64,000 bases of DNA from Callorhinchus milii. Lineage: Eukaryota. Numbering within the stretch: the first letter of the stretch is position 1; each line of letters opens with the position of its first letter. Positions 26,836 to 40,029 of this stretch are shown piece by piece. The notes below the pieces were generated by a model. It was given only the letters and a program-made list of their open reading frames with translations, was not told where the DNA came from and did no database searches. Where the stretch lies: assembly GCF_018977255.1 (NCBI RefSeq), contig NW_024704743.1:93870001-93934000 (forward strand), read 5' to 3'. The translations under genes were made by a program, and so were the position numbers.

Positions 26836-27152
26836 ATCCTGTAGCTCAGTGGTTAGAGCACTCGCTTTGCAAGTGAGAGACCTGAGTTCAATTCCAGGCA
26901 GGGCGAAACCTTGGGCAAGTTTCCTTACTCCACACGCCTAATAATAATCCCTCCAAAAAAACAAAACAATAATAAATTGGTCATTTTCAATCTATGACTG
27001 TTTGTGGGACATTGCTGTGCGCAATTGGCTGCCGCGTTCGCCCACAAATATACAGTCAATTCACTTTACAGTGTGTTCTGTGAAGCGCTTTGGGACGTCT
27101 TCCCGACGTGAAAAGCGCTATATCAAATGCAAGGATTATTATTATTATTATT
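26836..27152 (+). mobile_element. tRNA(Ala)-headed Deu-domain SINE, young short subfamily
   Basis: A box tagctcagtgg, anticodon arm ctcgc-tttgcaa-gtgag and B box gagttcaattcc. Deu-like core gctgtgcgcaattggctgccgcgtt, then an L2-type tail and (TTA)n. Confidence 0.92.
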
Positions 27153-29929
27153 AAATTTGGTTATGCATCTCATTGAGAAACCTCGTACTTGTAAAGACAA
27201 AGCTAAATTTATAACTGGAGCATAAAGGAATTGTGTTCAACGTCTCACATAGCGGCATGTGAGTGAAACAAAGGTGATAAGAGATGTGATACAAGCTTCG
27301 GCAAAAATCGTCTGAGGGGTAATCAGATCAAGAATTACATCAATTAAGGTTAATTGATTAACATTAATGTGTCACAATTTTCAGTAACATTTACTGCAAA
27401 ATGTTGCTAAATCAGCAAGAACTTTATGAATCAGATGCCTAATCTTTAATCAGCACTGTGCTAACTGCTTTAGAAAGCTTTAACATGCTTTGAAATTGTC
27501 TCTATATCCCAGCACTTACGAAGTGAGCAAGTGACATCAAGTGGCAGAAAATATGTTCTGCACAAATCCTAGTCTACATTCATTATTGTACAAAAGCACA
27601 GGAATGAGATTAAAATTAAATCCTTTTTTTGTCATTCAAATAAGAATTGAAACTGTACAATAAGTATACTTCCTACTTGCAAGCAGAAGTTTATATTCAC
27701 TTCTTTCTGCAAAATACTAAACATTGCCCTTTTCTTTATGATATCTCCTATACTGAGCAACAATTCAGTATTCAGTTCCCTCGAGCTGAGTATAACATGG
27801 ACTTACACACTTGAGAATTTTGCAATATTAAAATGTATACTGTACTGGCAGAGGATATTGCCTCATAGAGTGCTGGGAATGGTATTTGCACATTAGTAGA
27901 ACATTGGGATTGAAAAATGCTCAGCCAGAAAACTACAGGATGAATGGCATTAGAAAAGACAATCAATCCATAAAATTCATCTCCTCCCGGCTACCCCAAA
28001 TATGTCACACAAACATGCAAGAACTCAGCCCCATGAGATCTGTGACTGGGGGGATATGATACACATGGGAGTTCCTTGCGGCAGAAGATGCATTCTAAAC
28101 TTGACGCACTTTTTCTGGTATTGAAGTGCACATTTTCTGGTATTGTTGTTGTTGCTGAAAAATGTTTTCAGCAACAACAACAAATCACATTTATACAGCG
28201 CCTTTCACATCAGAAGGGGTTGGAATCAAGAGGGATGGAGGATTTGGGAGGGTGGCTGAAACATGGTCAAAGAGGAAGATCTTCAGACGGCCCTTGAAGG
28301 AGGCAAGGAAGGAAACAAAACTGAGGGATTCGAGGGTGGCATTCCAGAATGTGGGGACGGAAAAGCTAAAGGCCAGACCACCACTGGTTCACAACACCAT
28401 ACATAACCCACAAGTTCCTTGATTCTTTATTTATTAATATATTTACTCAAGCCATATGGTCAGAATAACCAAGCCCAACTAAGCCTTTGGGTCCCACTGC
28501 TTGTAAAGATGAAAGATAAATTAATAACTGGAGCGTAAAAGAATTTGAGTTCAAAGCTCAACACATTGAGATGTCAGTGAAACAAAAGTGATACAACATA
28601 TGATCCAAGCTTTCTAGTTGAAGTAGGTAAGATCATTGTTGGAGCTGCAAACCTGAGTTAAATAATAATGATATTGCATCTGTAATGTCAAAATGTTTCA
28701 AAGCACTTTGTTACCCACACAGGGTGTGTGTGGGGTGGGGTGGGGGGGTGGTCTGAAGGAGGTTCTCAGCAAAAGAAATAAAGAAATATTGGTTTCAAAT
28801 CCAATCAACTAACAACCAGGTTCTTACTTGTTGCTAGGTAAACAGAGGCGCTTGGAGTAAGGAAACTTGCCCAATGGTGCACCTGCCAGGAATCGAACCC
28901 AGGTCTCTTCGCTTGCGAGGTGAGTATTCTAACTGCTGAGCTATGGGACTCCCAATCCTATATCAAAGGATTTATGAAAGGATTATTATTATATCTTTGG
29001 GGATAAGGAAGAATTGGAGCAACAACAGATGAGGGTGGAAGGGTTGGCCATGGTCTTGTAAATCATTGAAACTCATTATGGGAAGGAAGTAAAAAGGAAC
29101 ATTACAAAGGCTTCAAGCTCTCATGCGCTAACAGAAGCTTGGAAGCTGATTCATCTTCTCAGCCACTGTTGATTAATAGCTTGGAGGAAAAACAGGAACA
29201 GGGAACAGGAAAATAAACCTAGGGAATCTTGCCATTAATTAGATAAAAACACGTTTAGTATAAGTTTGTTTCTCTCTCAAGTCACAATAACCCTTGCCTT
29301 TGAGACATCTCAAAGTGCTTCACAGGACTTTACTGTGAAGTGTAGTGGTTGTAGGTGAACATGGAATGCCCAGGAATGACCCTAAACAGTCAGATCTTGG
29401 AACACTAGCCGGTCTATTTCAGGTATTATATTATAGCCAGAGGACCTCAAATTATAAGCCGGAAACTCAGTGCCCACCTTTAACATTATTCCTTTTTACA
29501 CTGATCTCACAGATCAGTTCTAACAAGGGCTCCTATATCAATGTAAATAGCTCAACAAAGTAACGTTTTTGCAGCTAGTATCATTTATTTAGTTGGTTTG
29601 CTTATTTTCTTTCTTTTTGTGAACTCACTCACTATCCTTGTCCACCTTGGAGAGTGTCCAGTTCTGCCACATATTTCTACATGGTTTCCAAATCAACAGC
29701 CCAGCACACATTGGCCAACAGCTAGTTTCTTTTGTCTGCTATCCCCAGCTGAGAACACTCTATCCAGCATCCTGACAAAACAGACCAACTCATCATATAT
29801 GCTGGTTAGGAGGTTGAAATGCTGGCCAATCTATTTCAGGAATTAAAACTACAGCCAGAGATGTGTGAAGTAATACATTGGCTATTGATGCTTTTTTTTT
29901 CCCATTACGTATTTCACTTTGCGGGTATT

Positions 29930-30341
29930 TATCATAATTAACATCTCCAATCTCATGAGCCTACCTAAACTTTGTTTAAGAGTCCCTTTGGTTAACTATC
30001 GGTTAAACTTCCAGCAGTTCGTGGCCTGGGATCGTTCTTTTCCAAACAATGTGGTTTGGATTTAGACTTGCTCATGCATCATTGTGAAATTGTTTGTTGC
30101 AGCGATTTTGACATGATGGTTACCATTAGCAGCTGGTCCATGCTTTCTTATTGCTCAAAGATGCAAACCAGAAGGATGCTGTAATTTATATACAATGATT
30201 CTTAACACCAAGTGACCAAAGCAGCGGGGTCAGAGCACACAAATTGCTCGGCTGGTGATACTTCCTCTAACTACTTCCTCATGGTCTTGTTCTAGCCAAT
30301 GGACCACAGAGAATTCACCATAGCTCATCTCCAGGAGAAGC
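29930..30341. repeat. Local duplication, copy 1 (copy 2 at 46930-47320, same orientation)
   Basis: Long near-identical tracts, e.g. tgtggtttggatttagacttgctcatgcatcattgtgaaattgtttgtt, occur in both copies. Confidence 0.95.
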
Positions 30342-32261
30342 TGAGCCAGGGAAGAAACCAGGTGGAGGATCTTCACTGGAAGCACCGTGACATCTCTAGC
30401 TGTGAAGAATTCCAAATTCAGCCTGAAAGAACAGTGAGAGCAGACAAATGTTGTTAGGCAATCGTGCCAGCCACAAAATATATTTCCATGTGTTGTTATT
30501 GTTCATCAGAAATAAAACTTTAAACCTCATAAAATCAGAACAGTTTACTGTCGATCTGGTTCCATTATAAAACAATATTCAACTCATTTAGGTAAAAAAA
30601 CAAGTTTGCTAATACATTAGCACATCATATTGGCTCACTTGGTTTAGAGTTACATGATGTTATGTAACAATCAAATTGGCGACTGTCATAGCAAAATTAA
30701 ACATTTAAATCATATAACAAAATTGGAGAGTATTATGACAGATACAGAGAGACAGGAGACAGTTCACATCAAGAAATCATACAGCATCATCTACAATACA
30801 ATACATGCAATTTCAAAAATAAGAGTTCACTTGCACTGACTCAGTAATGATGAAAACAATATTTAAATTTCATAATTTGCAAAAGGTTGTTTTTCTAAAA
30901 GTTTTTTGATCAATACAAACCCAAAACTCAAGCAAAATACAGCTCACTTTCGGTGAAGCATTTTTACTCATATCGAGCAAGTTTTAATTATTAGAGAAAG
31001 CTTATTCATGCCAACCCAATGGAACTCCTCACTCACACCATCTACTTCTCGAGAGAGAAGGTACCAGGAGGGGTACCAGGAATTCTAAGGAATACTATAA
31101 AATAGACTCCGTAAGGTAAAATTTGCACAATCTTAAACACATTCCTCTGGTAGTTAAGGACCATATTTAGGAACCCCAGTAGGTGGAGTGCTTCTTCAGG
31201 TAAGTGGTTTTCTTCATTCCCAGCATCACCTTGTTCTATTGACTCTGAGGTAAGCAATTCTATTTTGTAAATGTTAGGTTTTACATTGGGCTATCTTATT
31301 TTTTGTTTAATTTTGTGACCACAGAGTTGATCTACCCAGGGGGGTTGAAATCCATGCTCTCCTAGACAAAAAGACCAACTTTAGTGATTGGCCCAGATGC
31401 TTCAGCCCATCTGATCATTAAAATAGTTAAGTCTCATTTATAATTGGATGTATAAATGTGGACTAGTTAGCCAAAGTTTTCTTTTGTATTCAGCAATACA
31501 TTTTTTACATAAGAGACAATATTATTCAAGTAGGATTAAATATTTCTGTTAACATGCATACTTTATATAAGTAATTTAATGTAAAAAATGAAATGCCTAA
31601 AAGATTTCTCTTTGACCACACTTTCATCCTCAAATCTCTATTAATTTCTTTCTGTTGGTGTTCCCTATGTTAAGCACGTCATGATATTCATCCTACATGA
31701 AGAGTGCTGAAGTGCTCCGAGACCCTGTCCAGCGCTAGATAAAAGTTTTTGTTGTTGTTTCTATATAAGTGTAAACTGTTGAACTATATCTTGCGAGTTT
31801 CCTCAATTACGATTTTTACTGTCTTTTCAATTAATGGTCTATTTTATTTATTTATGGAATCAACTCCCATATTTGGACTTGGAGCTCACAGTCTAAGATG
31901 ACATGACAATACAGTGTTGGGACACTGCTGCATTCCAAATGCGGCTAATCATTCCCATTTTCCCCATTTGCAAAGGGCAGAGAAATGCCCACGTTTAGGT
32001 GGACATTAAAGATCCCGTGGCACTATTCACCAAAGAGAAGGAAGTTTCTCCTGATTACCAATCACCCAAATAAAATTGGTCATTCACTTCACATCTATTT
32101 ACGGGACATTACTGGGTGCAAATTGTTTGTCATTTTTGCCTACAAGCATACAATCAGTACAGTTTGTAGTAAAGATCCTGTGAGGTGCTTTGATACATCT
32201 TCTTAATTTCAAAAGTGCTATATTAAATGCAAGGATAATTAGCATTTATCACACAGCTCTC

Positions 32262-32922
32262 ACCTCCTCCACCTACCTGACCTCCCCCTAAAACTCTCCG
32301 AACCCGTACGCAACCTAGGCGTCAGGTTCGACTCCGAATTATCCTTCCTCCCCCACATCCGGTCCCTTATCAGCACCGCTTTCTTCCACCTCCGACGTGT
32401 TGCCCGTCTTCGCCAATATCTCACCTCAAAAGCCGCTGAAACCCTGGTCCATGCCTTTGTCACCTCTCGGCTGGACTATTCAAATGCCCTCCTCGCCGGT
32501 CTCCCCTCCACTATCATCCATAAAATCCAGGTCATCCAAAACTCTGCCGCCCACATTCTTACCCACACCAAACTCCACTCCTCGATTACCCCAGTCCTTG
32601 CCAGACTGCACTGGCTGCTTTTCTCAGAGAGGATCGACTTCAAGATCCTCACCCTTGTCTTCAAATCCCTCCACTCCTCTGCACCCCCTATCTCTCTGAG
32701 TTCCTCTCTCTTCACAACAGTGCCAGTTGCCTTTGTTCCACCGGGTCTGGCCTCCTCCTTGCCCCCCGAATCCTCCGCTCCATCTCCGCTTCTTTTCGAC
32801 CGCACCTTTGGTCACCTCTCTCCCCCTCCCCCTGGCTCGCTATGGGATCCGTTACTGTGAAGCGCCCTGGGATGCCATCCGGCGTGGAGGGCGCTATATC
32901 AATCCAAGTTGTTGTTGTTGTT
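32262..32922 (+). mobile_element. L2-clade LINE fragment (a different subfamily)
   Basis: VRNLGVRFDSELSF.PHI...AETLVHAFVTSRLDYSNALLAGLP...LHWL, with a (GTT)n tail. Confidence 0.9.
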
Positions 32923-33229
32923 AAATGAAGTGATCATGGTTCTGCTTGCTTGCCCCAATCCCCATATTGTCAAAAGCAATTGTTAAAATTTTTAAACACT
33001 TTAAAAAATTGTAGGCACATGAAGGCAATGGCCTTTTAATGACCCAGCACCCTTTTTATAGGACTGTGCCCCTTCAGTAAACAATGTCAAATTGGCAGCT
33101 ATATTAGGTTCTGGCATCTCCTTTTGCAACGGACCAATGTCTTTGCCAATATGTTCTTGAGTTACAATGGAAAATGATTAAGTAAATTGAGGGAGATTAG
33201 CATACAGCTCTTAGGGAGAACCTTATTTG

Positions 33230-33440
33230 CCTTGAATATTATTACTATACTATGATAGACTGGTTCAACAGCTGAGGTAAAGAGCCATATTTGCATCTTC
33301 ATGTTTCTAAAAGTCTGGAAACCATAAGGTCAGCTGGCACCTTATAAAATTCTACTGAGAAATCATCTGCGTCTGGAGATTTTACTAAGGATATCACTGA
33401 GGACAATGACTATAGGAATGTTTTCTAAATGATCGTGATG
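33230..33440 (-). mobile_element. Ancient L1/Tx1-clade ORF2 fragment
   Basis: The minus strand reads KSPDADDFSVEFYKVPADLMVSRLLET*RCKYGSLPQLLNQSII, matching the L1 pre-RT motif KSPGPDGF..EFYK...L.P.L......G.LP....A.I. Confidence 0.7.
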
Positions 33441-34036
33441 ACTTTCAGAGATTCTGATCAGTAAAGAACAGATATTTTTCCACCTCTTTTCAGTTTGCAT
33501 AACTTTGCAGTATATGTAGTTCTTTATGCAGCATTTCAATCTTTCACGTATCTCTGTGGTTTCAGACGCAGCCTGGCCTCTTTCTTATCAATCTTCCAGA
33601 TAACGCTAATCATTTCCCCCCTATCGCTTAGGGCAGAACCATGCCCACTTTGCTCCTGGTGATAGCCTTAGACTCGCACTGCACATTCCCACACTGCACA
33701 TTGCACACTCTTTGAGAGTTAAGTTGGTATTTAATGGATTTAATTTTTCACAATATGTTTGGGGACAAAATGTGTCCATTTCTCTATCTTACATGCTGCC
33801 CAGTCTGCCTGTAAATTATACAGTGTTTTACAGTGCTTTGGCCAGGCCAATCTAGAGAATTGCATACAGTTCTGCTTGCCGTGTGGCCAAGTTGTTAGAA
33901 GCATTGTAGAGGAAAGCAAAGAAGATGATTCCTAGTATTAGAGCAAAGAGCTATGAGCAGGCTAGCACTCTTCAGACTTGGAAGGAGCCAGCTGAGCCAA
34001 TAGAAAAGTGTGGCTGCACATTTTCCACAGAATCCG

Positions 34037-36570
34037 CTACAAACGCCCTCCTCTCTACAAACGTCCTCCGCCCTACAAATGCCTCTCTCCACTACAAACG
34101 CCTTCCTCCCTACAAACACCCTCCTCCCTACAAACGCCCTCCTCCCTACAAATGCCCTCCTCTATTACAAACGCCCTCTTCCCTACAAACATCCTCCGCC
34201 CTACAAACACCCTCCTCCCTACAAACGCCCTCCTCCATTACAAACACCCTCCTCCCTACAAACGCCCTCTTCCCTACAAACGCCCTCCTCCACTACAAAC
34301 GCCCTCCTCACTACAAACGCCCTCCTTCATTACAAATGCCCTCCTCCATTACAAACGCCCTCCTCCCTACAAACGCCCTCCTCCCTACAAACACCCTCTT
34401 CCACTACAAACGCCCTTCTCCCTATGAACGCCCTCCTCCACTACAAACACCCTCCTCCATTACAAACGCCCTCCTCCCTACAAACGCCCTCTTCCCTACA
34501 AACACCCTTCTCCCTACAAATGCCCTCCTCTATTACAAACGCCCTCCTCCACTACAAATGCCTCCTCTCTACAAGCCCCTTCCCTACAAACATCCTCCTC
34601 CCTACAAATACCCTCCTCCCTACAAACGCCTCCTCCTACAAACGCCCTCCTCCCTACAAACACCCTTCTGCCTACAAACGCCCTCCTTCATTACAAATGC
34701 CCTCCTCCATTACAAACGCCCTCCTCCCTACAAACATCCTCCTCCCTACAAACACCCTCCTCCCTACAAACGCCCTCCTCCCTACAAACGCCCTCCTCCC
34801 TACAAACACCCTTCTGCCTACAAACGCCCTCCTTCATTACAAATGCCCTCCTCCATTACAAACGCCCTCCTCCCTACAAACGCTCTCCTCCCTACAAACA
34901 CCCTCTTCCACTACAAACGCCCTTCTCCCTACGAACGCCCTCCTCCACTACAAACACCCTCCTCCATTACAAACGCCCTCCTCCCTACAACCGCCCTCCT
35001 CCCTACAAACGTCCTCCTCTCTACAAACGCCCTCTTCCCTACAAACGCCCTCCTCCACTACAAACGCCCTCCTCACTACAAACGCCCTCCTCACTACAAA
35101 CGCCCTCCTTCATTACAAATGCCCTCCTCCATTACAAACGTCCTCCTCCCTACAAAAGCCCTCTTCCTTACAAACGCCCTCTTCCCTACAAACACCCTCC
35201 CCCACTACAAACACCCTCCTCCCTACAAACGCCCTCCTCCATTACAAACACCCTCCTCCCTACAAACACCCTCTTCCACTACAAGCACCCTCTTCCACTA
35301 CAAATGCCCTTCTCCCTACAAACGCCCTCCTCCATTACAAACACCCTGCTCCATTACAAACGCCCTCCTCCCTACAAACACCCTCCTCCCTACAAACGCC
35401 CTCTTCCCTACAAACGCCCTCCTCCATTACAAATGCCCTCCTCCCTACAAACGCCCTCCTCCCTACAAACACCCTCTTCCACTACAAACGCCCTTCTCCC
35501 TACAAACGCCCTCCTCCACTACAAACACCCTCCTCCATTACAAACGCCCTCCTCCCTACAAACGCCCTCTTCCCTACAAACGCCCTCCTCCCTACAAATG
35601 CCCTCCTCTATTACAAACGCCCTCCTCCACTACAAATGCCTTCCTCTCTACAAGCGCCCTCTTCCCTACAAACATCCTCCTCCCTACAAACACCCTCCTC
35701 CCTACAAACGCCCTCCTCCCTACAAACGCCCTCCTCCCTACAAACACCCTTTTGCCTACAAACGCCCTCCTTCATTACAAATGCCCTCCTCCATTACAAA
35801 CGCCCTCCTCCCTACAAACGCCCTCCTCCCTACAAACACCCTCTTCCAATACAAACGCCCTTCTCCCTACGAACGTCCTCCTCCACTACAAACACCCTCC
35901 TCCCTTACAAACGCCCTCCTCCCTACAACCGCCCTCCTCCCTACAAACATCCTCCTCCCTACAAACGCCCTCTTCCCTACAAACGCCCTCCTCCACTACA
36001 AACGCCCTCCTCACTACAAACGCCCTCCTTCATTACAAATGCCCTCCTCCATTACAAACGCCCTCCTCCCTACAAACGCCCTCCTCCCTACAAACGCCCT
36101 CCTCCCTACAAACACCCTCTTCCACTACAAACGCCCTTCTCCCTACGAACGCCCTCCTCCACTACAAACACCCTCCTCCATTACAAACGCCCTCCTCCCT
36201 ACAAACGCCCTCCTCCCTACAAACACCCTTCTCCCTACAAACGCCCTCCTCCCTACAAATGCCCTCCTCTATTACAAACGCCCTCCTCCACTACAAATGC
36301 CTTCCTCTCTGCAAGCGCCCTCTTCCCTACAAACATCCTCCTCCCTACAAACACCCTCCTCCCTACAAACGCCCTCCTCCCTACAAACGCCCTCCTCCCT
36401 ACAAACACCCTTCTCCCTACAAACGCCCTCCTCCCTACAAATGCCCTCCTCTATTACAAACGCCCTCCTCCACTACAAATGCCTTCCTCTCTACAAGCGC
36501 CCTCTTCCCTACAAACATCCTCCTCCCTACAAATATCCTCCTCCCTACAAATGTCCTCCTCCCTACAAAC
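34037..36570. repeat. Minisatellite of about 135-140 units of 18-19 bp (consensus CTACAAACGCCCTCCTCC; variants with ATTACAAA/ACTACAAA)
   Basis: Directly visible tandem array with strong C-rich/G-poor strand bias. Multi-unit blocks recur, e.g. cacccttctgcctacaaacgccctccttcattacaaatg near 34660 and 34807, with a variant near 35745. Confidence 0.97.
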
Positions 36571-37107
36571 TTATATACACAGTGTGCGAGGCCAGAGCCT
36601 CTGTGCACTGATTGCTCGACACTGATACTGTGGGCAGAGTGCCTCCGGTTGTGCCTGTGCGGCGCGGGGAGTGTTGGGATTGCAGAAGCGGCACGAGCAA
36701 GAAATCAGCTTTGCACCCTAGTGAGTGAACCACGATAGAAATACCAGCTGCCTCCCACTGTCTGTTTGCTCGACTCCCGACCTAAACTGAGCTCCTGCGA
36801 CTAATTCTTGGTAAGTGCTGCACTATTCAAATTTACAATTTTAGTATTTTAAACAACTACATTTTCAGGAAATATATGCCTGTAGTTTTAATCCGGGTTG
36901 TTTCATAAAATGCACCTCTCAATAGGCGCTAATCAACCCTCTGCAATTGGCCGCAAAATTTATCAAATTTCTCAGTAATTTTTACCAAATATTTCCGCAA
37001 TTTTCTATTGGGCCTTATCATGACCCCTTACACTCTTTACCACCACATGCACAGGTTTAGCAAGCTTGTGTCAATATCAATTTGTTTACAAGGCAGTGAT
37101 GTCCCTT

Positions 37108-37423
37108 TAATAATAATAATAATCCTTGCATTTGATAAAGCGCTTTTCACGTCTTTTAGACGTCTCAAAACGCTTCACAGAATATACTGTAAAATGAATT
37201 GACTGTATATTTGTGGGCGAAATGCGGCAGCCAAATTGCGCACAACAGTGTCCCACAAACAGTCGTGGATTGAAATAACCAGTTTATTATTTTTTTCTTG
37301 CGGGATTATTATCAGGCGTGTGGAGTAAGGAAACTTGCCCAAGGTTTCGCCCTGCCGGGAATCGAACCCAGGTCTCTCGCTTGACAGACGAGTGCTCTAA
37401 CCATTGAGCTACAGGACTCCACG
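37108..37423 (-). mobile_element. tRNA-headed Deu-domain SINE (short form, more diverged)
   Basis: Head-to-tail match to the family. Confidence 0.88.
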
Positions 37424-38187
37424 ATTCATTTTAATTTTAAGCAATTAAAATGAACATTCAGGACCGTTTTGATGCCTACGTAATAGCAGTCACTTTGTTT
37501 CAAATTATTCCCATTTTATGAAGTGCTTCGAAACTTTCTTTTTAAGTGAAAGATGCTACAGAAATGTAAGTTGTTTCTTCTGGCTGCAAATGTAAGCAGT
37601 CATACACATCTCTATTGTTCATGGACAAGAGCAACAATGGAGGTATTCAATAAGAAATATGTGACGAGCCCTGTTTATCCGCTGTCTGGATTGAAAGCAA
37701 TTTACTCTGAATGGTATTCAGGTTAAATGGACCTTGTTTTAAATTGCTCTATATTATAATGATGGACCATTGAGTATTGCACAAATAATATCAGCACTAC
37801 TCTTGGCACGGTGGTGGTTCCAATGACTGAGTCAGGCGGCAAACCTTCCTTCATTAGATTACTGGCTTTTGCTTCTGGAAGGCATTTAATAGTTTATATA
37901 ACTGATGGTTTGGTCTAGTTCTATAGACACAGTTGAAGAAATCAAAGGCATGAGGATGTTTTCATACAGCTCATTCATGGATGACTGAGAACAGTCGAGT
38001 GAAGTTAGACTTGCTGGTACTTAAGGGTTTAACAATCTTTATTCCAATCAACTTAATCATTCTATGGGTCAAAGCAACATGTGCAGCTTGAAATCTGTAA
38101 TACACTGTGTGGTTTTGCCGTACAGCATAAGTAATGCATTCAAATAATTAGTAACTCAATACGTCATCCGGGTATGCAGAGTAAAAA

Positions 38188-38520
38188 TATATAATCGTAG
38201 CATTTGATACAGAACCTCATCATGTCAAAAGGTCTCAAAGCACTTCGCAGAAATTTCTGTAAAGTGCAGCCAATATGCACCCCCAAATTGTCCACAAACA
38301 GCAGTGGAGTGAATGGCCACATTTTTATCTGGAGGATTGTTGGCCAGGACACAGGAAAAAACTCCCTTCTCATTTCAAATAGTGCCATGGGATCTTTAAC
38401 GTCCATTTGTACATCCAGCGAACACCTTCGGTTCAACTCTTATCTGAAGGATGGCACCTCTGACAATGCAACACTCCCCCCAACTGCTGCATTGGAGCAT
38501 CAGCCTGGACTATGAACTCA
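38188..38520 (-). mobile_element. Older Deu-domain SINE (SacSINE1/AmnSINE-like body); similar copies at about 31860-32240 (+) and 58780-59200 (-)
   Basis: The minus strand contains gatgtacaaatggacgttaaagatcccatggcactatttgaaatgagaagggagtt..cctgtgtcctggccaac, which is typical of the Deu domain. Confidence 0.75.
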
Positions 38521-39640
38521 CTGTTATCACCTTTAATGTAACAGAAAAGTTGAAGCACTTTACAGAATGAGCAGTTAGAAATTAAGTGAACTTGGTTATA
38601 AAGAGGCAGTTAATTTGCACCAGCAACATCCTGCAAACAACACTGAGTAAATTTGAATTCTCTGAGGTTGATTTAGATGAGGAAAGGATATTAGCTAGAA
38701 TAATCACAAGAGAAACATTTCTCTGTGAAATAACTATGGGTGGAGGGAGAGGATGCAGTGGGTGTAGAATATCTTGGTATCCTAGCCAGCAATCCCCCAA
38801 CTAAAATTCATGGCTGTGTGCAAAATTGGGTGTTGCATCTGCCTACAAAATACATATGATATTTCACAGTATATCCAGTGAAATGCTTTAAGATATCCTT
38901 CCAATGTGAAACTTGCCATTCCAAATTCAAGGATTATTATAGTCTCCTTAATCACAAGGCAGCTGGTACCTACATGAATGATTCAATTGAAATAGAATTA
39001 ATGATCTGTAAAAGAAATTTGCATTTTATATCAGCTAAATAGTTCTTTCGTATTTTAATTATAAAATAATCACTTTAATGTCTTTAATTGCACAGCCAAA
39101 ATTCAGTCTATCTTGTTTGAAATTTATTTTAAAAGAAATAAAATACAACAATCTTTTCCTCAGCATTGAATTTATAATAATTATAAAACGTAAATTACTC
39201 TCAACATAGTGTCAAATGAATGGAGATGTTTTCTCTGTAACTAGGTTAACTATCGATCCCTTGATCCATGGGCCTGCCCAGGTATTCATTGCCTCTCCCC
39301 TTGTTAATCCTCTCATCCGTGGTTCCTGCACTCCAATCCTACCATTGTTAATAATCAAGAAGAGCTGTTGCTATATTCTTGCCAATGTTGGGATCTCAGT
39401 GGCCAGAAACATTTCCCCAGTAGCTTTTATAGTCATATATCATGATTATTGTTTATGAATAAGTTCATGATTGTCATATCTGCATGTTGAACAATTCGTA
39501 CAGAAACGCTCTGATTATTTGGTCTAAGGCCATAATTACATCCTGGCAAGTGTCAAACGGTGAGAGTGGAAATACAAAGTCTCCGGCACTTTGACTAATT
39601 TTTTAGTGCAGAAATCAACTGTTCCTGATGTGTTGTTTTC

Positions 39641-40029
39641 ACAGTTCAAGAAGAATGGTGTTGCACCATTCCAAGATGACTAACAGTATGAGCTGCTAAA
39701 TTCCAAGCAATTTCAACCCACAGCCAAAGATGAATGAATCTGTAGATATGGGGAATTATAGAATGTGTTCATGCAGTAAATGTAATGAAATGCATCCCAA
39801 CAGGTTTCAGAGCTCTTTTAAGTTCGAATAAGCACAAGCCTATGTTAAACAGTTAAAGTTTAACAGTTTAACAGTTCAAGGAGGACTGTGTTGCACTATT
39901 CCAAGTTGACTACCAGTATGGGCTGTTAAATTCCAAGTAGTTCAATACACGTCCAAAATTGAATGAATCTGTAGACATGGGGAATTATAGAATGTGTTCA
40001 GCAGCAAATGTAATGAAATGCATCCCAAC
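39641..40029. repeat. Diverged tandem duplication of about 160 bp (39641-39801 and 39871-40029)
   Basis: acagttcaag...gaatgaatctgtaga(t/c)atggggaattatagaatgtgttca...aaatgtaatgaaatgcatcccaac occurs twice, with a 230-bp period. Confidence 0.92.

Noticed and set aside
26836..26910. tRNA-Ala(TGC) genes at the SINE 5' ends
   Set aside because: Each continues into a Deu domain and an L2-type tail and has an imperfect acceptor stem, so these are SINE heads.
34037..36570. CRISPR-like array
   Set aside because: There are no unique spacers and no cas genes, and the context is vertebrate. It is a plain tandem repeat.
33925..36738. 937-, 871- and 435-aa extensin/mucin-like ORFs as real proteins
   Set aside because: They overlap in all three frames of a G-poor minisatellite, 19-bp units switch frame freely, and there is no signal peptide or unique domain.
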